Notes under the pieces: model-generated
Seen by the model: only the letters and a program-made list of their open reading frames with translations
What the model was told of the DNA's origin: nothing
Database searches by the model: none
In this document: positions 62,270 through 64,000 of the stretch, in pieces
How the letters are laid out: the number at the start of each line of letters is the position of its first letter
Position numbering within the stretch: the stretch's first letter is position 1
Made by a program: the position numbers and the translations under genes
Origin: Raja brachyura
Lineage: Eukaryota
Assembly: GCA_963514005.1 (NCBI GenBank)
Contig: OY740817.1
Coordinates: 7,936,001 to 8,000,000, forward strand
DNA: 64,000 bases
Reading direction: 5' to 3'

Positions 62270-62662
62270 GTTCTCCCTAAATTAACATTTCGCCCTATAC
62301 CCGGGCTGCAGAACTCATTGATTTCATTAGCTTCCCCACTAACTTCCACACTGCCCTCAAATTCATCTGGCCTACCTCCAACACCTCTCTCCCCTTTCTT
62401 GATCTCTTTTGTCTCCATCACAGGGGACGGACTATTGACTGACGTCTAATACAAACCTACCGACTCCCATAATTATCTGGACTACACTTCCTTCCATCCT
62501 GCTTTTTGTTAAGATACTCTCCCCTACTCCCAATTCCTGTCCCAATCACATGTGCTCCCAACATGAGGCTTTTCATGCAGATATGTGAGATGTCCTCATT
62601 CTTTAGTAAACATGGTTTCCCCCCGGCTGTCACTGGTGGCTCCCTCACCCGTGTCCCATATC
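62270..62662 (+). mobile_element. Penelope-like RT fragment
   Basis: Remnants LPFLDL, KPTDSHNYLDYTS, MSSFFSKHGFPP. Confidence 0.7.
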
Positions 62663-63420
62663 TGAGGAACGATGCGCTGGCTCTGGAGAGGAGGAGGTTT
62701 ATGGGAATTATCCCAGGAATGAGTGGGTTATCATATGATGAGCATTTGACGGCACTGGGCCTCTCCACCTGCTGGAGTTTAGAATGGGGGGGGGGGGCCT
62801 CATTGAAACTCATCAAATAGTGAAAAACCTGGATAGGGTGGATGTGGAATGTTTCCATTAGTAGGAGAGTCTAGGACCAGAGGGCACAGACTCAGAATAA
62901 AAGGACGTTCCTTTAGGAAGGAGATGAGGAATTTCTTTAGTCAGAGAGCAGTGAACCTGTGGAATTTTTTGAACCGTCTGAATTTTGTAGTCGGCAGGGC
63001 AGTACTCACCATATCGCCAACTTGGACAATTTAACATTTTTATCAAGCCAATTAACCTACAAAAGTAGGAAACCAAAAATCTCTGAGAAAACCCACGCAG
63101 ATCACAGGGAGAACGTACAAACTCCGTACAGACAGCACCTGTAGTCGGGATCAAACCCGGGTCTCTGGCGCTGCATTTTGCTGTAAGGCAGCAACTCTTA
63201 CCGCTGTGCCACCGTGACTGCCCACAAAAGGCAGTGGAGGCCAAGTCAGTGGATAATTTTAAGGCAAAGATAGATTCTTGATTAGTACGGTGGCAGGAGT
63301 TATGGGCCAAAGGCAGGAGATAGATGTTAGGAGGGAGATAGATCAGCCACGATTGAATGTTGGAGTAGACTTGATGGACCGAATGGCCTAATTCTGCTCC
63401 TACGTCTTATTAACTTATGA
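62663..63420 (+). mobile_element. CR1 3' fragment interrupted by a minus-strand V-SINE (~62971-63218)
   Basis: RRFMGIIPGMSGLSY, MFPLVGESRTRGHRLRIKG...NLWN, resuming at cccacaaaaggcagtggagg; SINE B box gggtttgatccc on the minus strand. Confidence 0.8.
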
Positions 63421-63569
63421 TTCACCAGATGGCTAAGAAAAAAATACATGGGCTGGGAGAATATAGAGGAAAGTGAACTAGCAGCTAATATAAAGTCTAG
63501 CAGCTATTATATATCATGCAGCATGAATATATCTACATGTGTATAGAGGGGGCATTGAGAGCCAAGGTT

Positions 63570-64000
63570 GGCCTTTGGGAGGGAGGGAGGGGGAGGGGGG
63601 GGGGGGGTGGGGGTGGGTGGAGGCAGCGCCAGCGCCCCCAGGCGGCGACCAGCTGTATCGCAGCCCTATCAGCGCTCCGCCATCGATTGTGCGGCCTGGT
63701 GGAGGTGGAGGGAAGATGGCGGCTCCTCCGTGGCGGGTGTTGCGGGCGCTGCTGAAGGAACTGAGGTACCTGGGCCCGGAGAGCGGCCATTACCGCCGCA
63801 CCGCCGCCTACAAGTACATCACCGAGCAGTTCCGCAAGAACCAGGTGAAGGGCCGTAGCCGGAGGGAGCAGCCCGAGCAGCCATGGCTGCCGCTGAGCGA
63901 CGGGGCGGCGGCACCGGGGGGGAGGGGCACAAGTGGAAGGGGCGTGGCTATACGGTTATTGACGGGAGGCACGACCGATCACAGCGTCGGGCAGTGACCG
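63570..64000 (+). promoter_or_regulatory. CpG-island promoter/first exon of FMC1 with G-rich tract
   Basis: Sharp rise in GC and CpG; G-runs at 63577-63620; AAGATGGCGG (YY1-type motif) over the ATG. Confidence 0.75.
63716..63844 (+). CDS. FMC1: FMC1 (C7orf55; mitochondrial complex V assembly factor, LYR-like) first coding exon MAAPPWRVLRALLKELRYLGPESGHYRRTAAYKYITEQFRKNQ
   Basis: aagATGG Kozak context in a CpG island; resembles human FMC1 (RGLLRELRYL...YRDTAAYRYL...FR); CAG|gtgaag phase-0 donor. Confidence 0.85.

Noticed and set aside
63539-63715. Upstream in-frame ATG extending FMC1 to a 152-aa ORF
   Set aside because: The extension is G-run low complexity; FMC1 similarity and Kozak context start at 63716, and the ORF tail is intron read-through
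1-64000. CRISPR array, operon or other prokaryotic system
   Set aside because: The sequence is a spliced vertebrate locus; no regularly spaced repeat-spacer structure is present

Overview
Vertebrate genomic DNA. The repeat content (CR1 LINEs with (ACATAGAA)n ends, V-SINE/HE1-like SINEs, Penelope-like elements, Tc1) suggests a cartilaginous fish, which is an inference. The window holds the 3' two-thirds of an RBFOX-family splicing-regulator gene on the + strand, best matching RBFOX2. Eleven recognisable coding exons run from 1070 to the stop at 54768, including the 93-nt RRM exon and the mutually exclusive B40/M43 pair, followed by a ~3.3 kb repeat-poor 3' UTR. The first coding exon of an FMC1 (C7orf55) homologue starts at 63716 in a CpG island. 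Introns are full of decayed retroelements, one Tc1-type DNA transposon and many Penelope-derived fragments carrying minimal hammerhead-ribozyme motifs. There is one assembly gap (45903-46440). The most notable signals are: an unrecognised in-frame 75-nt cassette-exon candidate (33447-33521); a cluster of candidate poison exons and AG-exclusion zones just after the RRM exon; (U)GCAUG sites abutting or overlapping both splice sites of that exon; sense-strand hammerhead cores inside the pre-mRNA; and direct RBFOX2-FMC1 adjacency with no visible myoglobin gene. Exon coordinates were read by eye from splice signals and frame. Repeat boundaries are approximate and homologies are from memory, not database searches.
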